Below are positions 38,597-51,037 of a stretch of 64,000 bases of DNA, piece by piece. The notes beneath the pieces are model-generated. The model did not search any database. It was not told the DNA's origin and saw only the letters and a program-made list of their open reading frames with translations. Both the position numbers and the translations under genes were made by a program. The stretch comes from Balamuthia mandrillaris. Taxonomy: Eukaryota. The DNA is taken from the NCBI GenBank assembly GCA_031835245.2, contig JAVKOQ020000108.1, positions 62,001-126,000 on the forward strand, in the 5' to 3' direction. How positions within the stretch are numbered: position 1 is the stretch's first letter; the number at the start of each line of letters is the position of its first letter.

Positions 38597-38798
38597 TAGA
38601 TGGGTCACTCTGGAGGAGCTCCAGCAGCTGAGCAAGCAACCGCCCTACCTGCGCGGCACCGAGCCCACCGAGTGGTTCGGCTACGTGGCCAACGGCGGCC
38701 CCATCTTCCCCATCTCTCTGCTCTGCCCCGAGACACAAGCCGCCCCTCCGCCCGAAGAGATCGAGCAACAATATGCCGACCTGAACCAGAGGAAGTGA
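37755..38798 (+). CDS. Nudix hydrolase, copy 1, 5 exons
   Basis: Spliced Nudix box PGGRVEVGE|SFAAAAIRETKEEGG (GX5EX7REUXEEXG). Confidence 0.88.
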
Positions 38799-39070
38799 AT
38801 TGCACAATTCTTTTGAAATGATGTAAATAATATTAACAAAAAAAAAAAATAAGAGAATAGGGTTTGCGTTACCAGAGGTATGCTCTGCAAGCTTGGAGGG
38901 CTTTTCTGAAAGCTCTCGCTCCGACCCTGTTTGAATCCACCACCAAGCTTGCCGGTCTGGTTGCTCCACAGCCTGCCCTCGCAACCTAGTAAGAAGGCAA
39001 TTAATTCACTTAAAGAGGAGAGAACAGCAGGCAAGGCAGACGAAATACAAAAACAAAAAAGAAGAACAAG

Positions 39071-39847
39071 ATGCAAACGGAACGATCGCCTATCACAACG
39101 TGGATTGTGTTGGTGGTGGTTCGAAACTCGGTACGCGTGACGGCTTTCTTCCAACTGTTGCAGCCTTCAAAGAGTTTCTTTTTTTTTTTTCGGTGCTCAC
39201 ATTATATGTGTGTGGCAAATATAGGCAGGCGAGTTCTTGCTGGTGAAAGAGCTGCGAAACAGAGGCTGGTGGGTTCCTGGTGGCAAAGTCGAGGTGGGCG
39301 AAAGGTACGGAGGAAAAAAAAAAAAGAAACACCTTCCTCCTTTCCTCCACACTTCCCACCACCAAACAAAAAAAAAAAGTAACTCCACGTTTGTCAAACC
39401 AAGTTTTACAGAAGCGGCCATCCGAGAAACCAAGGAGGAAGGAGGCATTCCCATCACCTTGAAGGGAGTCCTTCGGGTGGAGCATACTCCGTGCGGCGAC
39501 TCTTGTCGCATGAGGTTCGTTTTCTCTGCTCCTTCTTTTATCTTTGTGCAACTTGTAAACAACGCTGTCCAGTAATGTAAACCCTTTCCTCTTTATGTGT
39601 ATGACGAAAAGAATGATCTTTTATGCAGAACCAGCTGATGATACGCCCCCAAAATCTGTTCCAGACAAAGAGTCGCTTGAAGCCAGGTTTTTTTGCTTCT
39701 CCTACTTCCTTATTCTTCTTCTTGTTCTTCTTGTTGTTGTTCTTGTTCTTCTTGTTGTTCTTCCTCTTGTTGTTCTTCTTGTTGTTGTTGTTGTTCTTCT
39801 TCTTCTGTTCTTCTTCTTCTTGTTCTTCTTCTTGTTCTTCTTCTTGT

Positions 39848-39890
<43 letters not shown>

Positions 39891-40199
39891 TCTCTTCGCT
39901 CCTCCTCTTCATTCATTCGTTTCTTTCCAAGCCTCCTCCTTCCCCTAAATCCTTTCCTCCCCCCCTTTTTTTTTTGGGCTCTCTCTCCTTCTCTCAGATG
40001 GGTCACTCTGGAGGAGCTCCAGCAGCTGAGCAAGCAATCGCCCTACCTGCGCGGCACCGAGCCCACCGAGTGGTTCAGCTACGTGGCCAACGGCGGCCCC
40101 ATCTTCCCCATCTCCCTCTTCTGCCCTTTCCGGCAGGAGGCCGCCCCTTCCCCCGAAGAGATCAAGCGACAATTTTTCGACCTCAATCGAAATATTTGA
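39071..40199 (+). CDS. Nudix hydrolase, copy 2 (tandem duplicate)
   Basis: PGGKVEVGE|SFTEAAIRETKEEGG; same intron positions as copy 1. Confidence 0.88.
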
Positions 40200-40781
40200 C
40201 AGGGGTGCATTCAAATTAAAATCAAATTTAAACTATTTAAAAGATTGGCCATAATATCGAGAATTGTTGCTAAAAATGGAGAATAATTTAGAAAACTGTG
40301 GCAGCGGAAGAGGAGAGAAGAGAAGAGAAGAGAAGAGAAGAGAAGAGGAGGGAAGGAAGAGAAGGAGAGAAGAGGAGAGGAGAGGAAGGAGAGAAGAGAA
40401 CGATGAAGACGATGAAAGAGAGAAGAGAAGAAGAAGAAGAAAGAAGAAGAGAAGAGAAGAGAACGATGAAGAGAAGAGAAGAGAAGAGAGAATGAGAGAA
40501 TGAGAGAAAGAGAGTGTGAAAAAAAAGTAAAATTTATTTGTGTTAAGACAACAAAAAAAAAAGCACACACAAAAAAGTAACTCTCTCCTTTACTCTTTTT
40601 TTCTCTTTTTTTTTTTTGTCTTTCAACAAAACCCATTCCATAAAAATAATTTAAAAAAATCAACAAAGAAACAAAAAAAATAAAACAAAAGAATAAGAAG
40701 CAATAAAGAAAAGAAAAAATAAAGAAAAATAAAAAAATAAGATATCTACGCTCCTCCAAAAGTGGTCTTCTTCTTCTTTTG

Positions 40782-41670
40782 TCACATCATTATACAGTTC
40801 TTCTTGCCTTTGGGGTCTTGTGTCTCCTTTTGCCGCATTATGATGCGGACCAGCTCTGTGAACGCCTCTTGTACGTTCGTGTTGGTCTTTGCTGAGGTCT
40901 GCATGGATTGAAGAACAGGATTTTAGGAAGAGAGAGAGAGAGAGAGAGAGAACGAGAGGAGAGGAGAGATAGGGAGAAACAAGAAAAAAAAAAGGAGAGA
41001 ATGAGACCTCCATAAAGGGAGCTTTGAGAAGATCGGCCAATTCTTTGCCCTTTTCCTTGCTGACCTGTCGTTTGTCCTCAAGGTCGCATTTGTTGCCCAA
41101 CACCAAGAATGGGATCTGGAGGCAGTTGATAGTGGGAATGGGCGATTCATTAGTTAGGCAGTGATTTAAAAAATGAGAATGAGACGCAGAGGAGAAAAGA
41201 GAGAAAGTGAAGCGAGAATGAGAGAAGAAAGACGAGAATGAAGAGAGGAGACAAGCAAAAATACAGAGGAAAAAACGGGAGAAGAGAGAGGAGAACAAGA
41301 GGGAAGAGAAGCAGAGGATAGAAGAGAGACGAGAGAAAAGTTGCGACGGCGAAGAGAGAGGGGGGAACCGGGAGGGGAGGCGGGAGAGGCAAGAAGCAGG
41401 GTAGGAAAATAAGAAATAAAGCAAGGAGAGGAGTACGTTGGGATTCTCAGTGACTCGGAGGATTTGCTCATGAAAGCTCTTGAGGGCATTGTAGGAGTCC
41501 TCCATCGTGATCGAGTACACGCACATGAAGCCCTCCCCCGTCCTGTAATAGTTATCCCGCATGGCGGCATAATCTTCCTGTCCAGCTGTTGTTGTGTGGT
41601 GTTGTGTTTTATTTGAGGTTTTTCCCCCATTTCGTAACATCAACGAAAGAAACAGAACCAAGACAAGGAA

Positions 41671-41738
<68 letters not shown>

Positions 41739-42051
41739 TCACCAGATCAAAATCAAAAAAAAAAAAAGAACAAGTCAGAGAACAAAGGTACAAACCAAAG
41801 AGAGGTTGAAAGAAATAAAAGCAAGAAAAAAATACAAAGAGAGGAGAGAGGGACGAACCGGTGTCCAAAATGTCGAGCTGGAGGTTCTCTCCGTCGACGC
41901 AGAGCTTCTTCCGGTAGGAGTCGGCAGAGGTGGGGTCGTACTCCTCCACAAAGTCGCCGTACATGAACTGCAAGGTCAGGGCGCTTTTGCCAACTCCGCC
42001 CGCGCCGACCACGATGATCTTGTGCAAAGGAAGCTCCTTCTTCTTTCCCAT
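40782..42051 (-). CDS. Ras-family small GTPase, Ral-like, 4 exons
   Basis: GAGGVGKS, LTLQFMY.DFVEEYDPTSADSYRKK, DT|AGQEDY, NKCD, E|TSAK; CaaX box CIMM*. Confidence 0.9.
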
Positions 42052-42611
42052 TGCGGTTTTTTTGTTTCAAAAACTACAATCGAATTATTTTTTTTCTCTC
42101 TCCTTTCTTGATGATCCGATTTATTTATTTTTTTCGTTTGGTTAAAACAACGAGGCGTCCTTTTTTTTTTTTGGTTCCTCCTTATTCTTTACGCCCTTCT
42201 CCCTTATTATTATTTTTTTTGCCCCTTATCTCTCTCTTGATCGAAAGAAGCTTCCCTTCTGCTACTTTCTTTCTTTCGTTTTTTTCTCTCAAAGTTTTTT
42301 TTTGTTTGGCTCTTCATTTGTGGAAGTAGGAGATTATTGTCGATATTTGTCCGCAAAATTAACTATATATGGATAAAATATCGATACACGATGGAAAATC
42401 GTATTGGCTGGCTGGATGGGACACGGGGCTTTCGAAAGCAGACCCAGACTTGTCTAGTTTGTACCTCGTATGAACAGCATTTACCCACAGGACAAAACCA
42501 AAACTGCTGACATGTCAATAAGGTTCAAATATTTATGGGAAATAATTGTTGCTTTGGCATTCAAACAATGCGAGAAATATTTGTGTCGACATAAGAAGAA
42601 AAGAGAGAGAG

Positions 42612-43055
42612 ATGCGTCCAAGCGGCAACGCCACTGCACGTCGATTGGTCTTGACCACTGCCTCCCCTCGGCCATGCCTTTTTACCCTTGCCGCAGGACG
42701 ACGTAACTCGAGCACCTCCAGCTGCCACAACCACCACTGCAGTGGTGGGCAGCAACGGCTGAGATCAAAAGCTTTCTTGCCATCGACAACTTTCTCTTCG
42801 CCGTTTGCCTTGCTGGGCGGAACGAAGCGCCGTCGTGGTGGCCTCTGCGTCGCTGCCTTTGAGATTGACCTGCACAGGGGGCTGAGGCGTGCCTTTGGTT
42901 CTTCATCTGCTGCGTCTGCCTCTTCGGTGAGCTACGTCAGCCACTTTAGCTGCCACCTCCAGCCCGACCGCATCGCACAGCTGGCGGAGCACATTGTGGA
43001 GCACTCCAACGAGGTCTCTTCTTCTCTATGCTTCACTGCCGCGCTGCCCCTCTGT

Positions 43056-43096
<41 letters not shown>

Positions 43097-43749
43097 CTTT
43101 TCTCTTCGCTTGCTTCTCATTCTTCTCCTCCTTCTCCTCCTCCTCCTCCTTCTCCTTTCTCTCTCTCTCTCTCTCCTCATTCTCTTCTCTTTTATTGCTC
43201 CTCTCTTTCTTTCTTTCTCCTTGCCATTCTTTCGTTCCGTGCTTCTTCTTCTCTTCGCTTAACCTCTCTCCTCCACATGGACACAAAAACAGATCTACCA
43301 GCAAGTCATCCGAGTGAGAGCAGAGGAGCGGACCTTTGCCAACACGATTCAACCGCTAGCGGACCTGGAAGCCCACACTGCGGCCCTCTATTCCAGCTGC
43401 ACCTTTCCTGCCTACGTCTCCTTGCAACGAGAGGCCAGAGAGCAGTCCTCCAAAGCGGATCAACAACTTCAGTCCTTCTTCATCGAGTCGGGCATGAGAG
43501 AAGATCTCTACCGCGCTGTGAAGGAATATGCTGACGGTAACAAACAACGAGAGGATGAGAAGCTTTCCTCTGAACAGAAACGAGGTGCGAATGTTCTTCT
43601 TGTGGTTTGTTTTCTCGTGTTTCTTTATAACAGGTAAATTTTTGGACTTAAATAGTTGTGGATAAACTCATTTTGGAGTTTGAACAAAACGGGTTGGCGT
43701 TACCTGCCGCTCAACGCGAACGCCTCAAGGCCATTCGTAAAGGTTTTTT

Positions 43750-43797
<48 letters not shown>

Positions 43798-45960
43798 CTC
43801 CCTCCCCCCTCCCTCCTCCCTCCTCCTCCCTCTCCCTCCCTCCCTCCCTCCCTCCCTCCCCTCCTCCCCCCCTCCCTCCCTCCCTGTCCCTTGTCTTGCC
43901 CCTCGTCTAGGTCTCTCTTCTGTATTATGGCCTAACTTTGTTTTTAACTGTTTATATTACAGAGATAGCAGATTATTGCATCCAGTTCCAACGAAACCTA
44001 AACGAGGACAACACCTTTCTAGAATTCACCAAAGAAGAACTTTCCGGCGTGCCCGAAGACGTCCTCCAGGGTCTGGAACAAATGCAAGCTGATGATAAAA
44101 CCACAAAGTACAAAGTGACTTTGAGATATCCGGATTTAGTGCCTGTTTTGCAACATGCGGACAATCCTGAAACAAGACGCAAGTTGGACTTTGTCAATGG
44201 CCGAAAGTGTATCGATGTAAACGAAGAGCTTTTACGCAAAGTGTTGTTACTTCGTCAAGGTTTGTTTTCTTTTGTGTTTTTTCTGTATTTTTCTTAGCCA
44301 TGATTGTTTGTTTACATCACGTTAATGCTTGCTTGTTTGCTTGTTTTTTTTTTCAAACACTTATAGAAGCAGCAGAAATGTTGGGTTATAAGGATCATGC
44401 CTCGTTCGTGTTGAAAACCCGGATGGCTAAAACTCCGCAAACCGTGTTCCAGTTTGTCAACGAATTGTCTGGTACGTTGTCTTCATCGTTCTCTTCTTCT
44501 TGCTTCTTTTTTTTTTCTTTTTTCTATCTTCTTCTATTATCTTCTGTGTCTGGGTGACGTCCTGCACTTGTTCTGTTGTCTTTCACTAACAAAAAACCAA
44601 ACAAAAGATCGTTTGACCGAAAAAGCACATGAAGAGTACAATCAACTTCTACAGCTAAAGAAAAAGGACAATAACGCAAGTCATGAGATGCATAATGACA
44701 AGATTCATTCCTACGACTTTAGCTATTATCACAACAAACTTTTGAACGAAAAGTACCAACTGGACGAGAACGAAGTGAAACGGTACTTTCCTGTTGATTC
44801 TGTAATTAAAGGTTTGTTCTTGTTCTCTTTGCCATTTCGTTTGAACGCTGGTTTATTTCTTTTCGTTTTTATGACGTTTGATCATTTAGGAACGTTGGAA
44901 GTGTTTCAAGAAGTGTTCTCGCTTCGCTTCACGCAAGTGGAAGATGACAAGGCGCCATCAGAGTTGAAGCCATGGCATTCTGACATTCGCCTCTTTTCCG
45001 TTCATGACGCGGTATGTAAACCATTAAATTGGGTGAAGAAGAGAATGAAAGCGCAAAGTTAGAAGAAAAGTATATTAGCAGAAACGAAGGAAACAAAGAA
45101 AGAAGAGAGCCAAGCACAGATTTCTTATTTCTTGAAACACAAACAAACAAAAGGACACAAACGAGTTCATGGGACATTTCTATTTGGACCTTTGGCCTAG
45201 AGAAGGAAAGTATTCTCACGCCGCTGTCTTCCCTCTTCAACCCTCGCACCGGTACTCCACTGCTGAGACTTCAACGACAACGACACGGCGTCAATATCCT
45301 ATCGCTGCCATGGTCACTAACTTTACGAAACCACAACAAAACAAACCTTCGTTGTTGACGCACCAGGAAGTGGTCACCTTCTTCCACGAATTTGGCCGTA
45401 TGCTTCTTCTTTGTTAATCTTTACCTTTTCTCCTGTCTTCTCTTCTTTCTCTTTCTCTGCTTCTCTCTTTCTCAGCTTCTTTTTTTTTTATGTCTCCTCA
45501 GTCTCATGTTTTTTCCCAACTTTCTTTTTTGTATTCGTACAAAATAGACTTGTTACATAATCTTTGCACAAAAGTGGACTACGCCAAGTTCAGCGGCACG
45601 GACGTCGAAAGGGACTTTGTGGAGGCGCCCAGTCAAATCATGGAGTACTGGGCCTACGAACCTGACGTCCTTCGACGCCTCTCACAACGACAAGAAGAAG
45701 GAACCATTCCTAACTCGCTTATCGAAAAGATTGTTGCAGCGAAGAACGTCAACACTGCCCTTCTCAACAAAAGACAGATCTTCTTCAGTTTGTTCGATAT
45801 GACGGTACATACATTAGCTGAAGAAGAGCAGAAGAAGAACCAAAAGGAGTTAGTGGAAGGGACGGCAGATCTGTGGAGAGACTTGAGAAAGAGCATAACG
45901 CTCATCGAGCAACAACCAGATACCAATCCTGCTGCTAGGTTCTCTCTCTGCCTCTCTCCT

Positions 45961-45992
<32 letters not shown>

Positions 45993-46373
45993 TGCTGTAT
46001 GCTTTTCTTCTCATCTATTTCTCCCCCCTTACTCCCTCACAACAGCTTCGGACATATCGTTGGCGGTTATGACGCACAATACTACGGCTACAAATACAGC
46101 CAAGTCTTTGCTGCCGACATGTACTCCCTCTTCCAAGAAGCAGCACAGAAAAACTCTTCTTCTGCCTCCTCGCTTCCTTTCGCCCACCGAAAAGTTGGAA
46201 AGCGTTTCCGAGACATCATCCTGGCAAGAGGAGGCACCAAAGACAGCATCGACAACCTGAAAGAGTTTCTCGGCCGAGGGCCCAACCAAGACGCCTTCCT
46301 GCGCCACATCGATGCTCTCCCTACTTCTGCCGCTGCCTCCACTTCTTCTGCAGCCGATCCTACTCTCCACTAA
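42612..46373 (+). CDS. Thimet oligopeptidase/neurolysin-like M3A metallopeptidase, multi-exon, with an N-terminal extension
   Basis: FYLDLWPREGKYSHAA, EVVTFFHEFG|HLLH (HExxH across an intron), DFVEAPSQIME, FGHIVGGYDAQYYGY. Confidence 0.92.
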
Positions 46374-46479
46374 CAAAAACGGAGACTTCTTGCTTCTTCT
46401 CTTCTCTTCTTGCAAGAATGACTTTATGTGTTTAAACTACAAACAACCCTTTCATCAATGAACATACCGTTGGTGTTGT

Positions 46480-47490
46480 TTACTTTTCCTTCTTGTAGCC
46501 ACCCTTGCTGACGGGCAAGTAGGCCCTGGCCTCGTGCAACTCCCTTTCCAACCACCATACTGCTCCCTTGGGCAGGCTGTTCTTGGCCTTCTCCAGGTAT
46601 GCCTCCGCCTCCTCCAGCTTGCGCCTCGCCTCCTCCACTGCCTCCTCCGCTGCCGCCTTGGCCTTCTCGCTCTGACGAGTGGCCTCCTCGGCCTGAGCTC
46701 TGGCCTCAGCGGCGACCTGAGCGGCTCTGTCAGCCTTCTTCACGGCAGCCTCTTGGGTGATCTTGGCGCGACGCAAGGGCAAAGGGTCCTCTCCCAGGTG
46801 TTGGGCCAGCTCGTTCTTGGCCTTGTTGCGAGAGACCAGACCTCCCTCCTCGCTCGCTCTCTTCAGCTCTGCTGTCTTGTTGTTGTACGCCTCCTCTTGC
46901 GCTTGCAGCTCCTTCAGCGCCGCTTCCAGCTCGGCCTTGGCCACCCGCAGCTCCTCTTCGCGAGCCTTGGCGTCGGCCTCGCGGGCCTTGGCCTCCTTGA
47001 GGGCGGCAGCAGCCTCGTCGGCACGGGCCTCGGCCTCACGGAAGGCGGCCTGCACCTGGTCGAACATGCGCTGCGCCTTCTCGATCTCCTCCTTGCTGCC
47101 CTGAGGGGCGTTGACCAGGAAATGCCAGTCCACGTCGAAGCGGAAGATGAGGAGGTGGATGAGGGGGACCAAGCGGACCTTGGCCCCGATGGCCCCGGTG
47201 GAGCGCAGCTTGTCCCTCATCTGCTGGACGGTCATGGTCTCTTGCAGCTTTTCCAGGAAGCGGTGGGCCTGCAGCTCGTCCAGCGCGCAGCCTTGCTCCT
47301 TCTTGGCCAGGTCCAGCTCGTCGCAGAGGTGCTTGAACTTCCACAGCCGCTCCGCCTCCTCCTTGGCAAACTCCTCCCAGAAGGCGTTGAGGAACCACAC
47401 CACCTGCTCCTTGTACGTCCTGCTCGCCAAGTCCTCCAGCTTCTCCACGTCCGTCCTCCCGTTCAACACCTGCGCCGTCGGTACCGCCAT
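46480..47490 (-). CDS. ABP34/TolA-like coiled-coil protein, copy 3 (intact, shortest repeat tract)
   Basis: Uninterrupted ORF MAVPTAQV...SKGGYKKEK. Confidence 0.85.
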   Translation of the reverse strand: MAVPTAQVLNGRTDVEKLEDLASRTYKEQVVWFLNAFWEEFAKEEAERLWKFKHLCDELDLAKKEQGCALDELQAHRFLEKLQETMTVQQMRDKLRSTGAIGAKVRLVPLIHLLIFRFDVDWHFLVNAPQGSKEEIEKAQRMFDQVQAAFREAEARADEAAAALKEAKAREADAKAREEELRVAKAELEAALKELQAQEEAYNNKTAELKRASEEGGLVSRNKAKNELAQHLGEDPLPLRRAKITQEAAVKKADRAAQVAAEARAQAEEATRQSEKAKAAAEEAVEEARRKLEEAEAYLEKAKNSLPKGAVWWLERELHEARAYLPVSKGGYKKEK

Positions 47491-47692
47491 TGTGTGTGCT
47501 TTCTGTGCTTTGTTGTCTTCTTCGTCTTTAAAATTATGAAAATAAATAAAAATAAAAAAAAATATTAAAATTCGAAAAAAATGGTGTGTCGACAATAATA
47601 CATATATTACAGGAACCTACGGATCGAATCCTGATGGCTGCACTTTTGTTTTGTTTTTTTTGTGTGTGGCGTGAGTTTTACTTTACGGGTTT

Positions 47693-47764
47693 GGTGTGGT
47701 AGCTCAGGGGGAGAGCGCTTGCCCGCAACGCAAGAGGTCGATGGATCGATACCGTCCCACGCCA
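47693..47764 (+). tRNA. tRNA-like gene, 72 nt: anticodon GCA (Cys) on an Ala-like body; possibly a pseudo-tRNA
   Basis: Cloverleaf GGTGTGG TA GCTC AGGGGGA GAGC G CTTGC CCGCAAC GCAAG AGGTC GATGG ATCGATA CCGTC CCACGCC A, followed by a TTTTT Pol III terminator at ~47771. Confidence 0.8.
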
Positions 47765-47920
47765 TGTCCATTTTTATTAGATTGGAGAATTCGCTGGATA
47801 GGAGAGAGGACGGAGAGTTTCTGCAGCTTTTGGTGTTGCCAGACATGAGAGAGTGAGGAGCAGCAAAGAAAGAAAACAAGAGGAGGCGAAACGTCGACGC
47901 GTTTACTTACATGTTGTTTT

Positions 47921-49333
47921 TTATTTTGATTCTTCATTATGGCTCACTTCCTTCGTTTCTTCTTCTTCCTCTGATTCCTCCTTCTCTTCTTCTTTCTTCC
48001 CTTCTACTCTCTGAGCGGATTGTTGTTGTGGCTTGTTGGTCTGCTTTTTCCGCCCAGGAAAGCCAAAGGAGGAGGAAGCGCGAGGGAAAGGCCTGCTGCG
48101 GATGATGTCGCTGTGTTCATGCTGGAAGCCAGCCAAGCTGCTGTGAGGAAAGACCTTGCCAAGCACCACATTCTCGTAGGCTCTCAGCATTTGCAAGGCG
48201 CAGGTCTCGGCTGGCATTCTGCCGATAGCCGTGCCGAGGCCGCAGCAAAGGATGCTGCCGATGGGAGTGCCTTCCTTTTGGCCAGATGATACTTGCTTGT
48301 TGTGTTCTCTCACTTGAAAATAGTGTAAGTCGGGTTTTTTTTTAAAAAAAAGGTGTTTGAAATGCAAGAGAGAAGAAGAAGAACGAAGAAGAAGAAGAAG
48401 AAGAAGGAGAAGAAGAAGAAGAAGAAGGAGAAGAAGAAGAAGAACGAAGAACGAAGAACGAAGAAGAAGAACAAGAAGAAGAAGAAGAACGAAGAAGAAG
48501 AAGAAGAACAAGGCAACAAATAAAGAGTGCAGATGAAGCGGTGGAGGGGAGATGATGAAGAAGAAGAGATGAGAAGCAAGACGAGAACGAGAATGATAGA
48601 AGAAAGAACAGAAGAGAATGAGAGGAGAAAATAAGGTCAAAGGGAAAGAAGAGAATGAGCGCAAGAGAGACGCAATGAGGACAGAGGAGCAAAGGAGGGA
48701 GAACATGGAAAAGATGAGAGTAACAATACCAGCAAGTAAAGTGGCACGAAAGGCCAGGTAGGCATTGGGTGTTTCTCTGACGTCGTCAGGTACACGCATG
48801 GTCGGCGCCGACACGAGGTACTTTATGGCCTGTCTCTTGTCTCCTGTCTCCACGATGGTGGCCTGGCCCACCAAAAGCTCTCCATCAAACTCGTGTTTGA
48901 TGACCTGTTGCAGCCGTTCCACCATGTCCCATCCAAAGTGTTTGCTTTGTTGTTCCAGTAAGCGGAAGAGACGAGAAGCGGAGAAGCAGAAGAAGTGGGC
49001 AGAAGGAGAGCAAGAGAATAAAGAAGAGAAAGAAAGAGAGGAAAGAAAGGAGGAAAGGAATACCTGTAAACCATGTCGATGCCGCCGTCCATGAAGCCGA
49101 ATGAGTTGGCGGGGCTGACGATGGCATCAGCGTGGATCAACCCATCGCCGTGCTCGTCTTTGTCTCCCTTGGATGTGTTGAGGTTGAAAATGTCTCCTGT
49201 AGTTGTTGTTGTTGGAGTTTTAGTGAGAAGACGAGAAGGAAGGATGAGAAGGAAAGAGAAGGACAGAGAAGGAAAGCAGAAAGAGACGGAAAGAAAGCAA
49301 GAGAGAGAAAGAGACGAGAAAGAAAGAAAGGAA

Positions 49334-49381
<48 letters not shown>

Positions 49382-49966
49382 AGAAGAGAAAGAAAGAAAG
49401 AAAGAAAGAAAGAAAAGAAGAAAGAAAGAAACGACAAGAAAGAAAAGAAACGACAAGAAAGAAAGAAACAGAGCGAGAGAAAGAAACGACAAGAAAGAAG
49501 AACGACAAGAAAGAAAGAAAGAAAGAAACGACAAGAAAGAAACGACAAGAAGAAAGAAAAAGAAAGAAACGACAAGAAAAAAGAAAGAAACGACAAGAAA
49601 GAAAGAAACGACGAGAAAGAAAGAAAAACCATACCAACGGGCATCACTTGAACATTTTGCAGCACGACGTTTTGTTCCTCCTCCTTCAAGCTGCCTAGGC
49701 CTGCTTCATTGCTCTTATCCGTCCAATAGCTCAACCATGCTGTTCTCAAATCTACCAAAAAAAAAAAAATAAATAAATACAGCGAGCCGTTTGGTTAAGC
49801 TTTTTTTTTTCATCAGCATGGAAAGAAGGAGAGAGAGAGAGAGAGAGAGAGAAAAAAAAAGGCAACGAAACGAACTGGGATCAATGTCTCGGAATAACAG
49901 CTTCACTTGGGCGAGATCTTGGTCCACGTCCTTCACGTGCGGTTCGCAAGTCCATGCCTGACCCAT
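47921..49966 (-). CDS. Macrodomain (ADP-ribose/Appr-1-p processing) protein, multi-exon
   Basis: GDIF...DAIVSPANSFGFMDGGID, LLVGQA, YLVSAPTMRVP, ILCCGLGTAIG. Confidence 0.88.
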
Positions 49967-51037
49967 TGTTTATATTTTAAAGTCGTTGTCTTTTATGGTT
50001 GTGTGTGAAAAAACAACAACGACAAAAAAAAAACCACTCTCTCTCAAACCAAACAAGCAAGATTTCGAGTTCAGTGAACACTTTCTTTTTTGCTCAGCGC
50101 ACACACGTATTTTTTTTAATGTTATTTTTTCTTTTTGGTTATGCAAAAAAACAAAAAGGGTTTCTGTTAACTTGGAGTTCCAGCATAGGTCAAAAAACAA
50201 AAAAACCATCTGGAGAGAAACATCAGAGCGGCTTTCGAACAAGGAACGGACGAGTCGGAGAGGACTTCCCCTTTTCTTTCTTTGGTGAAACTTTTTTCTT
50301 CTTTTCGCGGACTAGCCTTCATCATGACGTCATGGAAGAACGAACCCAGATTGTCGACAATCTCTGTTTTTTTTGGACGGTCGAATGATTAAAGTGGAGC
50401 AATGAATTTTTGTCGACGTGAAAGATCTCTGCCAGAGATGAGACAAAAAAATACACCGGAAAAGGCCTTTTTATGGTAAGTTTAAGCCTCTGTTTTGATT
50501 TTTGATTGGTGGTTTGAAACTTTTGGTAACAGATCAAAGAATTGAGCCGCTATAGATGAACCTATCAAAAATCAAAAAAGAATGATGTGTCGACATGAAC
50601 CAACCAACATCGATGGAAGAAGAAAAAAATGGCAACAAAAAAAAAAAGCTCCACCAAGATGAAACGACAAGGAAGAAACCTAAAGGGCATTCAATGATGT
50701 GCTGTTTTGTTTTTTTAAATGGGTACTTTGGTTCTATTCTGGTATTCGCAGCATAGTCAATATGTGTGTTTATGCAAAGCATTACAGCCTCGAGGCACGT
50801 AGAACATCGGCAAATAATTCGGTGCTATATTAACTAATATGCCGTTACCGCCGCCAATAATAAAAAGATTTGCTTGGAAACTCCAAAGAGAGAAATGAGC
50901 CCGACGGTTGACCCTCCGCCATCCTTTTCCTCGTGGCTCAACAACTATCGCCTATTTTCTCCCTTGCTTCATCTCCTTTTCTTCTTTTATTTTCCAAGTT
51001 CACCAACGAAACACATAAAACACGCAAGCCCTCCAAT

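Noticed and set aside
37755..49966. ADP-ribose metabolism cluster (Nudix x2 plus macrodomain)
   Set aside because: The genes are separated by unrelated genes, Nudix substrate specificity is unknown, and there is no evidence of co-regulation.
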